A stretch of DNA of 61,115 nucleotides, counting the filler. It is 6 parts of 6 records of this genome, joined end to end, with 100 filler letters (N's around TTAATTAATTAA, not from the genome) between each part and the next. Parts side by side here need not be neighbours in the genome. Positions count along the whole stretch, not along the records: positions 33,993 to 43,480 come from SRR15195285_612; positions 43,581 to 56,910 come from SRR15195285_614; 4 more parts are not named here. One strand, written 5' to 3'. Shown in pieces: positions 34,263-44,060 of this stretch; position 1 is the stretch's first letter; every line of letters starts with the position of its first letter. The notes under the pieces were generated by a model. That model was not told the origin of the DNA and did no database searches. It was given only the letters and a program-made list of their open reading frames with translations. The translations under genes were made by a program, and so were the position numbers.

Positions 34263-37200
34263 ACATCAGAAGGGTTCGCTTTCGAGCGCGTGCCCAACCC
34301 ACTCGATCGCCTCAGCCCGGAACCACGTGCGGTGCGAGGTCAACCTGCTGGCCACACTCCGCCGCTGCGCCCAGCTGCTGATCCAGAGTGGGCCGATTTC
34401 CCCGACCTGGCGATACACGTCCACGGAAGGGAGATGTCAAAGTCAGAGCTACGGCGCTTGATAGTCGGGACGGCGTCACTAGTCTTGCTTGTGGTGACGG
34501 TAGTACTCATGGTCGTCGGAAGAGTCGCTACACCTGGGATCAGCGCCCCAGCGGCGCCTGAGACAGCCAATCCCGCAATAGTCGGACCCTCTGAGGCGGA
34601 TGGCGCGTACGTAGCGGAACCGCTGCCGTCTGAGAGACCACCACCGCCACCCGAGGGCCAGGGTTCTGCTCCAGCACCCTCGCCTATTCCTGACTCAGCG
34701 GCTGTGCTGCAAGGTACCATAATTGTGGGCGGTACGGCGCGCTTTAACGAGAGACGGTTTCGGTCGGATATTGCGTACGTACTCGGGCTTGATGACTCTC
34801 AGATTATCGTGACTTCTGCGGAGTCGAGAGGAAATTTTGCCACGGAAGTAGATTTTGACATATTTTTGCAGTCGACGACAGAGGCGCGAGCCACAAGAGA
34901 CCGATTCGTCACGTATGCAAACACACCTGGTAGCCCGCTCCTGACGGCACCATCCATCCAGGGGACTGCTGCCCAGCCGATCCAGATTACCATGCATGCT
35001 ATTGCTGGAGGCAACCATCCGGCCGGAGGCGCGGGGTCTCAGCACAACCTCCAAGATGGAGCAGGGCCCATGAATGATGCCGATGCAGGAGTGGATCCTG
35101 CGCAGCAAAGCTCTTCGATCACCCATGCTGGCGGCGAGTCGGGAGTGATCCACTTCGTCGGTGACACATCTGCTGTGGCCTTTGTCAACGGGCGTGTGAT
35201 CGGTAGTGGACAGAGAGGTGATGCTGGTAGCCATGCCTTGGGCTTCACGGCGCACTGCGACGGAACGCAAGTTTTCGCGGTGAGCGCACATTCGCCAGCA
35301 AGCATGCCGTCAATCCTGGCAGAGCTTGCGCATTGCGGCCGCACGATTGTAACCAACACTGCCTGGAAATGTGCTGTTGAAGACGATATGTATCCATCGA
35401 ATCGTTTTTCCAGCGGTTCTAGACCTCAATGGTTTGAGAAAGATTTTGATGACACGCAGTGGGAGTGGGCTACAGATGGAGGGATGAACGGTGTTCAACC
35501 CTGGGGTTCTAAAGTCCACATTTCAACACACGCTCGCTGGATCTGGGCGAAGACCGGACAGCTGCAGCAGCAGGTTGACGCTGTATACTGTCGGTACGTA
35601 TGGGGACGGGACGTGCCGCCAGAGATGCCCGTGGGAGGTGACAATGGGCAAATTCATATAGCAGTGGCGAACGGCTACACGCTGTCCGTCAACGGCCAGC
35701 TGATTGGCCGTGACAGTAGCTGGACTCACACCGGTGCGTACACGTTTTTGGCGCCGTGTACAGAGCCAACAGTGTTCGCAATTGAAGGATTCGACACTGG
35801 CGGAATGGCGTCTGTCCTGGCGGAAATCAACCACTGTGGCCAAACCTTCGTCACTGGTAGCCACTGGAAGTGCAGCCCTGTCGAGTACGATGGTTGGGAC
35901 CTGCCTGGATTTGACGACTCAGAATGGCCTACTGCAGCAGATGGCGGCGCAAATGGTGTGAGCCCATGGGGGAAACGTCCGCAGATCAGTGAACGTGCGC
36001 ACTGGATTTGGACAACAGACGTTGCTGAAGATATCCAGAGCGTCAGCAGGCAGATTTTTGACCTACCAACTCGTCGCCCGACTGTGTTCTGTCGCTGGGT
36101 CGAGGTCAATACACCAAAGTTTTGTCCTGCTGCTCAGCATGCGTACTGGAACGATCACGAGGATGTGCGCATAAACACACTACAAACGTTCAGTATGGCT
36201 GAGTTGTGCACCTGCTGCGACGATTGCACGTGCTGCAGCGCTGAGTGCGAGACCGCTGGTACTTGTGGGTATGGAAATTCTACCCAGAACGGTGGGTTTC
36301 GGCATTTTTTGGAGTATGGTCTCCGCGAGGGTCGCATTTGGCATTCAGAGATGTGCAACGCAGATGGCACTGACTTGGTGCAGCAAGATTGCATAGGCTG
36401 TCAGGGACAGATGCACGTCACGGGCGTCGGTGACTTTGAGGTTTCAGTCAATGGTTTCATCTTAGCAAGTGGGCAGGATTGGACACGGACTCACTCGTTG
36501 ACGTTCAATACTTCGTGCTGGGAGCCGACAGTATATGCGGTGCGCTCGGTAGTGAGTACAGCAACTCCGACATTCATCGCCGAAATCGATCACTGTGGAT
36601 CGATTATCCGTACATCGGAGGCATGGCAGTGTCACAATAGGTCTGCTCCAGCGGAGTGGACGTCGCCTGAGTTTGACTCTAGCGCCTGGCAGTCCGCAAT
36701 GGATGGGGGTGCAAATGGTTCTCCTCCTTGGGGCTCACGGCCACAGATCTCCGGTCAAGCACACTGGATCTGGAGGCCGGAAATGAACGATACATTGCTT
36801 TGTCGCTATACAGCCAGTGCAGATCGGTGGAGAGACTGCCCGGCCGCTGCGCATCAGTACACTCAGGAATATCCTGTGGTGGAAGAATGGCTGGCACAAC
36901 AGGCAAGCCCGTCGGCCGCCAGTCCGTTTGCTCACTTTCGGTCCCATGGACTTCGGGATGGTTTCATCTGGCGATCAGACCTCTGCTTGGCCAACGGCAT
37001 TGACCTGCAGGAAGAGTTGGCGCGTGGGCGTCGAACGGCATCTTCTTCTGCGTGGTCCGCCGATACAACTTCTGAACAAGCAAATGATGGAGACCTCATT
37101 TCGCAGTTTCCCCATGTGTTTCAGAGCTCGAATGACGACTATCAGGCTTGGTGGCGAGTCGAGCTTGACGCGCCAACGACGAATCCTTTAGTTCGCATTC

Positions 37201-40200
37201 GTGCACGAGATTGCTGCACCGCCGGATTTCGGCACGCTCTGCAGATACGAATCGGCACCAGTGAGGTTTTTGAGGACGCGAGTGTTTGTGCGACAATATC
37301 AGAACGGCCAGGGGACCTCTACGCGCCTGCTGGCATGACCGACTCAGGAGTATTTGATGCGCGATGTATGGGCCATGGTAGCTTTGTGTTCGTTGCTACA
37401 GAACCTGATTTCGAGTACATAGAAACACCGATGGCCTGGCAAGATGCGTCCGAGGCATGCCAAGCGCACTTCCGAGAACTAGCTAGCGTGCACACCGATT
37501 CGGACATCGGAATTGTGACTTCTGTAGTCTCGCCTGGTGTGGCAGCATGGATCGGATTGAATGATTTGAATCCTAGGCAAGGGGTTGAATGTGGTTGCGA
37601 CGCGGGGTGCTTTGCATTTTCGGACGCGACCACGAACGACTTCACCTTCTGGAATCCGAACGAGCCGAACGAGTACGGCCTTGACGGACAGAGTCACTGT
37701 TATGACTCTACCGAGCACTCTGGTGGTCACGGCCATCTTGAGAATTGCGTTGTCGTACATGCGCACGGCCCCTTGACCTTGAGAGATATAAGCGAGGCCC
37801 CTGGCTATCGTCCACCTTATGGCCATTCCACCGAACAAGGCATCATGCGAGGTTCTGACACCACATGCTCTTTTTTATTCCCGTTCGTATGCGGCCCAGT
37901 AGCACGTGCACAGGTGAACCAAGATTATAACTTGCTGACGATGTCGGAAGTCGAGGTTTACCAAGCTGCGGAAGACTGTTATGAATGCACCGGCCACATA
38001 CACATCGCCGCCGATAGCGCTTACTCCGTCTACGTGAACGGAAGAGAAATTGGCTCAGGGTCGCAATCCACACACACCGACACGCATACGTTTTATGCTT
38101 CATGTGAAGACACAACCGCTTACGCAGTAGATATCAGTGCTACAGGGGGATACCCGTCAGTGATCCTAGAGATCGTTCACTGCGGTCACGCTATTCGCAG
38201 CGATCGTTCTCAGGGCTGGCGCTGCAAGGGTCGGTTCTCCACGACCGAGCTGGCTGATCCAGATCCAGCGTGGACAGGCCCGTACTACCAGGAAGACACA
38301 AGCCGATGGAAGCCACCAGTCGATGGTGGCGCCAATGGCGCTGGCCCATGGGGCACACGGGGGAACCTATCTCCTCAGGCACGGTGGATGTGGTCTTCAG
38401 ACCCTATCGTCGAAGAGGATCCGATTCACAGGCTCAAGTGCCGGAAAACAACCAACCATCCTGTGCCAGATTGCCCGAGAGCACGCGCTCGGTACCTTGC
38501 AGACTACCCCGAATTGCAGCACGGCAACCCGCCGTTCACCCAGTTTATCAACCAAGGGCGGCCACAAGGCAAGCTGTGGCACGGAGAACTGTGTCTGCAG
38601 CAGTGTGGCGGTGCTTACATCGTCGCGCTGGAAGCGAATGATGCATATGTGCAGCAACGCGTACAATCGTTGAAGCCGGGGAGGATGTACAGACTTCGAT
38701 TTCTGGTCTCGGGTGGTGCTTCCCCGGCGGAGGAGCCTCGCCACCAAAAACTTTATCCAGCCCTCCGCGTCTTAGTGGATGGCAGTATAGTGTGGACTGG
38801 TCGTCGGCTCTCGTCAACATTCCAAAAAGTCTCAGCTCAGTTTTTTGCCGTTTCAAACGAAGCTACAATCCGATTCGAAAATTCTTCTCCGCGAACCAAC
38901 ACAGACTCCCATGTATATCCTGCCGCCACGGTTTTCGTCGATGAAGTGGAGGCGAACGAGTTCTCGTCGCACGCTACCACGCAGCCTGCCAACGTCAACT
39001 TCGATGAGGATGAGCAGGACATGTGTACAAATGGCCACCAGCCAATAGGGTGGGAGCACATACGTGCTAAAACTATATGCAACGACAACACAGCCGAGTG
39101 GGGCGGGTTGATGTCGGGATTGAGCGGCAGCTATGTTGCCCTCGTTGGCCAAGGTGCGGCCGTCCAGCAGACATTCGCTGGATTAGAAAAAGGCAGGGAG
39201 TATCTGATCAGCGTCCATGCGGCTCGGCATCCCGACCGCAACAACCAGACGCTGCAGATCTGGATGAATGACCGGTACCCTGTAGGAGAGATTCGTGATC
39301 TGTCCACTGTTGAGTATGACTCCGTTCATGGGCAAGGGTTTGCTAGGTATGATGTCCCGTTCACAGCCATATCGCCGACAGTACTCATTCGTTTTGAGAA
39401 TGGCCGAGACCCTGGCAGATCCATCGATAGGGAGTGCCGGCCAGGCTATTTTGACGGTAGCAACAGAAGACGCTTGTCAGATGGCGAGATTGAGTTCGCG
39501 CCTATGTTTGATTACTTTTTCAGATCAATAACCAACCAAACCTGCATCTATCCCCGGAGCTCAAGTGTCTTTCTTGACGGCATTTCGTTAGCCAAGATCA
39601 TAGTTGGAACATCAGCCCCGATCATGAATCCCGGCTTTGAAGCAGACGTCTTGGATGAGTGGGTATGTACACAGGAGTGGGCCACACGGCAGTGTGGCTA
39701 TAGATATGCAACCCCGCAGGCTTGGGAAGGCAGTTATGACAGTGCCGTCATTGTTTCCAACGATAATCCTGCATGGGGCAGTATGAACAGTGCTACTTCG
39801 CCAGCCTGCGTCGGATGGGGCCCAGACGATGGAAATATTCACATCGCAGCTGACAATGGCTTTAACTTCTTCGTGAATGGTAATCTGGTTGGGTCAGCGC
39901 ACGACTGGAGAACAACACAGGCCCTTATGTTCAACGCACCCTGTGAGACTGCAACTGTGTATGCCATCGAAGGGTTTGATGAAGGCCTCGTAAACGACAT
40001 TGGTGCCCTCATTGCGACACTGAATCACTGCGGTCAGACTTACCAAACTAATGCCCAGTGGCGTTGCTCGAACGAGGAGCAGCATAATTTCGCGTGGACT
40101 CGAGCCGCGGGATTTAATGACTCACACTGGCCACGCGCTACCGTCCATGGTACCAACAGTCAGTTCACAACCTGGAGAACCTTGCTTCAAATTTCTCCAG

Positions 40201-43028
40201 CTGCACGATGGATTTGGACCCCTGACTACACGTTAGACGATCATATCTACTGCAGACTCAAGGTGCACCACCAGGTTTCCAATTGTAACTTGGCAAACCG
40301 CCAATACTGGAGTGATTACTTAGACGTACAGGCCGACAACGATTATGGAGTTCATGTTCCAGACGGAGCGTATCGCCACTACCGCACAATCGGTCGACAA
40401 CAAGGTCGCATCTGGCACAGCGAGCTTTGTGATTTACCTCAGACAGTCGAGTTTCCAACATGTGGCGACCCACTGGGGTCGATCAGCAAAGATCTCCGTA
40501 AGATAGTCGGTCAAGGGAAGTATGCTCTCTGTCCAGGTCAAGCTTGGGTTGTACCGGGTTTCGAATCGTATGGTGCAGTGACTTGCTTCAACGAGGAACT
40601 TTGTAGGGCTGCTGGAAGTGACTGCGCCGGTCTACTCGGGGCAGGCTCAGAGCAGGTAGACCCATGTGATGAGCACTTCAACTGCGTCGCTTACCATTGG
40701 GATGCTGGACAATGCGTCTATGAAACTGGTTGGGCTGACTATGCAGGCACTGCTTCGGTGGCAGTATCATCCGAGAGCCTACAAGGTCAGCCTGGAAGAG
40801 GTCAAAGCATCAGCTCGTCCATTTACCCGCTCGATCGTCTGTTCACATTCTCTAGCAAACACCCAGAGCACTATCAGATCAGTCTCGTTCTAGACCCACA
40901 GGCTCCACTGGTTGCTGGGATCAGCATCATGGTCCGGGCAGATTATATTGGGGCGGGCTTCTCTGGCATCGAAATTGGTACAGTGACAGCAGGGTCAGGT
41001 GTTGTGAGACAGCAGATTGTGAGGCACGAAATGTTCGGAACATACGGCCACTTAGGTGCGAAATGGGAGAATTTTGCGCCAGACTTCGCGTTCGGCACGT
41101 GGATCGTGTTTCCGTTTCCTCGAGTGGTACAGAATGTAGAGCAGATCAGGATGGTGTTTGACTGGGCAAACCGTGTTGGAAAGACTTATGGCTTCTCGCT
41201 AAACTCGATCCGCATCGACACAGAATCCATCACGCAGCAACCAAAGCATTCAGAGTGTGTTTTGGGAACTCGGGCTCTTCATCTCGATGGTAGCAGCTGG
41301 GTGCAGCTTGGCAGCTCACGTAGGCTGAGCCCGAGCGATGGTGACGGCATGATTTACATGACTGTGGAAATGTGGGTGAACCTGGAGCATGTGCCACAGG
41401 GCGAAAACGTGGTGTTCTACGAGCACAGTGATGAGGCCACCGGAATCCGGAACTGGATGGGTGTGCAGGGGCTATCTGGACGGGCACAGTGCGGCGTATC
41501 CGATACACACAAGAACGAGGCTTCAGTGACCGGCCACAACCTACTCGCTGCAGACACGTGGTATCACCTCGCCTGTGTTTTTGCCGGGTCTGACTACGAC
41601 TCGCATTCTGAGAACGATGAGATGCTGTACATCTTCGTGAATGGCGAGTTGAAAGGTACCGCAACAGTTTTCCGATGGGGTTCCGGCGCTCTAGAGAACA
41701 TTTTGCCCAACGGCTCATCCCCAGTGCTACTCGGCGCCTCACTAGCAGAGGGTGCGTACACACAACGATTTGAGGGCCAGCTTGCCCAGTTTCGGATTTG
41801 GGACATGCCGCGGAATGTGATCCAGATCCGTGACACCATGTTCGTGGAGTTAGGCCGTAAGACGCCGCATCTGATCGCATGCGCCAGATTTTCTAGTGCA
41901 TCTAGTGTGGAGGGTGACGATGACGACACCATCACTGTGATGCGGCACGTTCCCGCCCGGTCTCCAGGCAACCATTCACATGCTGTTGGTCCCACAGCTG
42001 CAGTCCCCGTCTCTGATGTCACACGTGAGCTGATAAACGCAATTTCGATTCGCAGCGCCTGTGCGGATGTCCAAAGCCCCGGTGGATGTGCGGATGGAAG
42101 CCGTGAGGGTTTTGTTGACATGAGTACGTATCCGGGAATCGCATCATGCGAAGGCACGTTTGAAGGCTTCATCAGCTCTGTGAGTGCAAAACTTCTTTGC
42201 TCAAATGGCTGGCACGTTTGCACGGGTCACGAAGTTCAGCAGCTTGAGATAACGGTGCAAGAAGCAGATGCCTTTCCTGGTGCTTTTGCGTTCGACTCGG
42301 CGAATGATTGCGGCAACTGCCACGAAACGTGCTTGGGCGCGATGACTGGCACGTCGATCAATGGCTTTTGTGCAGTGTCAGCGACTGACTACACTGACCC
42401 TGACATGGAATGCATGGGTTCAGGGTGTACCCTGCGGACGGGGTCGCCACGCACGTCATGCTTGCTCACTGGACGGACCGACGCACCGAACGAGCCTAGG
42501 CGGAACGGATGTTCGTGGTACGAGGACTTGACCGGCGTCGTGTGTTGCATAGAGACAGGTTGTGCCGATCGCACACGAGAAGGGCTTACGGATAGTACGC
42601 GATGGCCACAGATCGCCGCATGCGAAGGCGAGTGGAGTGGTGAAATCAATGGTCCGAGTGCGGCAGCGCTTTGCGCAGAAGGATGGCACGTTTGCAATGG
42701 TGAAGACGTACACGCCGCTGGAGTCACGTTTGCGCAGGCGACCGCCTTCAATGGTTGCTTCTCATTCGACGCTGCGCATGACTGCGGCAACTGCCACCCG
42801 ACATGCATTGGTGCGACAGTGGGCACTGAGCTCAATGGACAATGCGCAGAATCAGCGACAGACTTTTCTGACCCCGCAATGGCGGGCATGGGTCGAGGCT
42901 GCTCGCTGCAGCCAGACGGCACAAGCTGCCTGAAGTCTGGGCGAGTTAATGCCCAGGTAGGAGGCGATCGCAATGGCTGCTATAGCTTTGGCCGGCTTGA
43001 TGGCGTTGTGTGCTGTGCCGATCAATGA
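33993..43028 (+). CDS. Giant (>3,000 aa, 5'-truncated) type II membrane lectin-mosaic protein
   Basis: The frame is open from the contig start (SPYASPYASPHTSP...). One TM segment (LIVGTASLVLLVVTVVLMVVG); five jelly-roll-like repeats (IHIAxDN..VNG..HCG..FDDSxW..NGxxPWG..WIW); fucolectin-like ANDG..WWRVEL; C-type lectin WIGLND..WNPNEPN..ENCV; LamG-like TVEMWV..WYHLACV..FRIW; two terminal Cys-rich GCAD..REG..GWHVC..GVVCC repeats. Confidence 0.8.
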   Translation, partial: SPYASPYASPHTSPQAAAAAEAQRRGGGWDRAHASPHTSPHVSPAAAASVARGRRGGGWGRTSADAYVSPHVSPAAASEAQGCGGGWDRTTSEGFAFERVPNPLDRLSPEPRAVRGQPAGHTPPLRPAADPEWADFPDLAIHVHGREMSKSELRRLIVGTASLVLLVVTVVLMVVGRVATPGISAPAAPETANPAIVGPSEADGAYVAEPLPSERPPPPPEGQGSAPAPSPIPDSAAVLQGTIIVGGTARFNERRFRSDIAYVLGLDDSQIIVTSAESRGNFATEVDFDIFLQSTTEARATRDRFVTYANTPGSPLLTAPSIQGTAAQPIQITMHAIAGGNHPAGGAGSQHNLQDGAGPMNDADAGVDPAQQSSSITHAGGESGVIHFVGDTSAVAFVNGRVIGSGQRGDAGSHALGFTAHCDGTQVFAVSAHSPASMPSILAELAHCGRTIVTNTAWKCAVEDDMYPSNRFSSGSRPQWFEKDFDDTQWEWATDGGMNGVQPWGSKVHISTHARWIWAKTGQLQQQVDAVYCRYVWGRDVPPEMPVGGDNGQIHIAVANGYTLSVNGQLIGRDSSWTHTGAYTFLAPCTEPTVFAIEGFDTGGMASVLAEINHCGQTFVTGSHWKCSPVEYDGWDLPGFDDSEWPTAADGGANGVSPWGKRPQISERAHWIWTTDVAEDIQSVSRQIFDLPTRRPTVFCRWVEVNTPKFCPAAQHAYWNDHEDVRINTLQTFSMAELCTCCDDCTCCSAECETAGTCGYGNSTQNGGFRHFLEYGLREGRIWHSEMCNADGTDLVQQDCIGCQGQMHVTGVGDFEVSVNGFILASGQDWTRTHSLTFNTSCWEPTVYAVRSVVSTATPTFIAEIDHCGSIIRTSEAWQCHNRSAPAEWTSPEFDSSAWQSAMDGGANGSPPWGSRPQISGQAHWIWRPEMNDTLLCRYTASADRWRDCPAAAHQYTQEYPVVEEWLAQQASPSAASPFAHFRSHGLRDGFIWRSDLCLANGIDLQEELARGRRTASSSAWSADTTSEQANDGDLISQFPHVFQSSNDDYQAWWRVELDAPTTNPLVRIRARDCCTAGFRHALQIRIGTSEVFEDASVCATISERPGDLYAPAGMTDSGVFDARCMGHGSFVFVATEPDFEYIETPMAWQDASEACQAHFRELASVHTDSDIGIVTSVVSPGVAAWIGLNDLNPRQGVECGCDAGCFAFSDATTNDFTFWNPNEPNEYGLDGQSHCYDSTEHSGGHGHLENCVVVHAHGPLTLRDISEAPGYRPPYGHSTEQGIMRGSDTTCSFLFPFVCGPVARAQVNQDYNLLTMSEVEVYQAAEDCYECTGHIHIAADSAYSVYVNGREIGSGSQSTHTDTHTFYASCEDTTAYAVDISATGGYPSVILEIVHCGHAIRSDRSQGWRCKGRFSTTELADPDPAWTGPYYQEDTSRWKPPVDGGANGAGPWGTRGNLSPQARWMWSSDPIVEEDPIHRLKCRKTTNHPVPDCPRARARYLADYPELQHGNPPFTQFINQGRPQGKLWHGELCLQQCGGAYIVALEANDAYVQQRVQSLKPGRMYRLRFLVSGGASPAEEPRHQKLYPALRVLVDGSIVWTGRRLSSTFQKVSAQFFAVSNEATIRFENSSPRTNTDSHVYPAATVFVDEVEANEFSSHATTQPANVNFDEDEQDMCTNGHQPIGWEHIRAKTICNDNTAEWGGLMSGLSGSYVALVGQGAAVQQTFAGLEKGREYLISVHAARHPDRNNQTLQIWMNDRYPVGEIRDLSTVEYDSVHGQGFARYDVPFTAISPTVLIRFENGRDPGRSIDRECRPGYFDGSNRRRLSDGEIEFAPMFDYFFRSITNQTCIYPRSSSVFLDGISLAKIIVGTSAPIMNPGFEADVLDEWVCTQEWATRQCGYRYATPQAWEGSYDSAVIVSNDNPAWGSMNSATSPACVGWGPDDGNIHIAADNGFNFFVNGNLVGSAHDWRTTQALMFNAPCETATVYAIEGFDEGLVNDIGALIATLNHCGQTYQTNAQWRCSNEEQHNFAWTRAAGFNDSHWPRATVHGTNSQFTTWRTLLQISPAARWIWTPDYTLDDHIYCRLKVHHQVSNCNLANRQYWSDYLDVQADNDYGVHVPDGAYRHYRTIGRQQGRIWHSELCDLPQTVEFPTCGDPLGSISKDLRKIVGQGKYALCPGQAWVVPGFESYGAVTCFNEELCRAAGSDCAGLLGAGSEQVDPCDEHFNCVAYHWDAGQCVYETGWADYAGTASVAVSSESLQGQPGRGQSISSSIYPLDRLFTFSSKHPEHYQISLVLDPQAPLVAGISIMVRADYIGAGFSGIEIGTVTAGSGVVRQQIVRHEMFGTYGHLGAKWENFAPDFAFGTWIVFPFPRVVQNVEQIRMVFDWANRVGKTYGFSLNSIRIDTESITQQPKHSECVLGTRALHLDGSSWVQLGSSRRLSPSDGDGMIYMTVEMWVNLEHVPQGENVVFYEHSDEATGIRNWMGVQGLSGRAQCGVSDTHKNEASVTGHNLLAADTWYHLACVFAGSDYDSHSENDEMLYIFVNGELKGTATVFRWGSGALENILPNGSSPVLLGASLAEGAYTQRFEGQLAQFRIWDMPRNVIQIRDTMFVELGRKTPHLIACARFSSASSVEGDDDDTITVMRHVPARSPGNHSHAVGPTAAVPVSDVTRELINAISIRSACADVQSPGGCADGSREGFVDMSTYPGIASCEGTFEGFISSVSAKLLCSNGWHVCTGHEVQQLEITVQEADAFPGAFAFDSANDCGNCHETCLGAMTGTSINGFCAVSATDYTDPDMECMGSGCTLRTGSPRTSCLLTGRTDAPNEPRRNGCSWYEDLTGVVCCIETGCADRTREGLTDSTRWPQIAACEGEWSGEINGPSAAALCAEGWHVCNGEDVHAAGVTFAQATAFNGCFSFDAAHDCGNCHPTCIGATVGTELNGQCAESATDFSDPAMAGMGRGCSLQPDGTSCLKSGRVNAQVGGDRNGCYSFGRLDGVVCCADQ

Positions 43029-43187
43029 ATGCTTCTGGGTTCACATCCTAAGGTTACTCATGTCTCTCGTTGCCGTGGTGTGCTGTGTCGATAAGGACCC
43101 GATATCGTTCTTAGGACTAGGGTGGTACAGCTGTACATTCAAGAATTATCGGTCATGTGTTCCCAGTAGAACTCGCCAGCCATGCTT

Positions 43188-43480
43188 TTACGGGCATTGT
43201 TCGTTCACGGGGCCTGATACGATCGATGCATTCCAAGTCAGGGGTGCTGTAGTCAGTTGCTTATGTTGGGCAAAACGATGGATCTTACCCTGATATGATC
43301 GATCTGGATATGGTGGATGGACAGGAGTTTCAATCGGGTCCGACTGTAGTTGTGTTAGCAGCTCGGCCACGCCTCGGCGCAGCTGTGCGTCCTCCCCAAG
43401 AAATGTTGCGTGCGGCAAGTTGTCAACCACGATATCAGGGATCGCACCCCTGTTCTCGATGAACCACTCTCCATCCAGTC
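43188..43480 (-). CDS. 3' end of a tricorn-type S41 protease (cut by the contig end)
   Basis: Reading from the contig edge: DGEWFIENRGAIPDIVVDNLPHATFLGEDAQLRRGVAELL..PPYP, matching the typical tricorn C-terminus. Confidence 0.7.
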
Positions 43481-43580
43481 NNNNNNNNNNNNNNNNNNNN
43501 NNNNNNNNNNNNNNNNNNNNNNNNTTAATTAATTAANNNNNNNNNNNNNNNNNNNNNNNNNNNNNNNNNNNNNNNNNNNN
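43481..43580. other. Artificial contig linker
   Basis: N44-TTAATTAATTAA-N44. Confidence 0.97.
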
Positions 43581-44060
43581 TATTAGCACAGTGTGCACTG
43601 GGTGCACTCATGAGTGATGCATACTTTTAGCCTGTTCGGCCGCCATTGATCACTGGGATCTTCATCGTATGTCTTTGCTGCGCGCCCGCAACCCTAACAT
43701 GGTGTAGTTATAAGGAATAGAATATTCCGCGAACATAGGGTACTTAGGCCTAAGTACCCGCACCCTATGTTCGGAGCAGAGGAATGCAAACGTGTAGCAG
43801 TGCGACCCATGTCCTCTCGCCGACCAGGATCATCCTGTTCCTCGCTGTCACGCGCACGCACCCTACTGCGCGCGGCTGCCTCGCGAGCGCGAACCCACGC
43901 GCGACATCATCAGCGCGCGCGCACGAAGTGCCCAGGACGCCAATGTAGCATTATGTACCGCCGGCCGCGCGCCAAAATGGATGGATGGCCGCGCGCGGAC
44001 GCGACGCCGATTATCGGCATGCGCATGCATGGCATGCTGGCGCGCGCGGACGCCGCCGCG

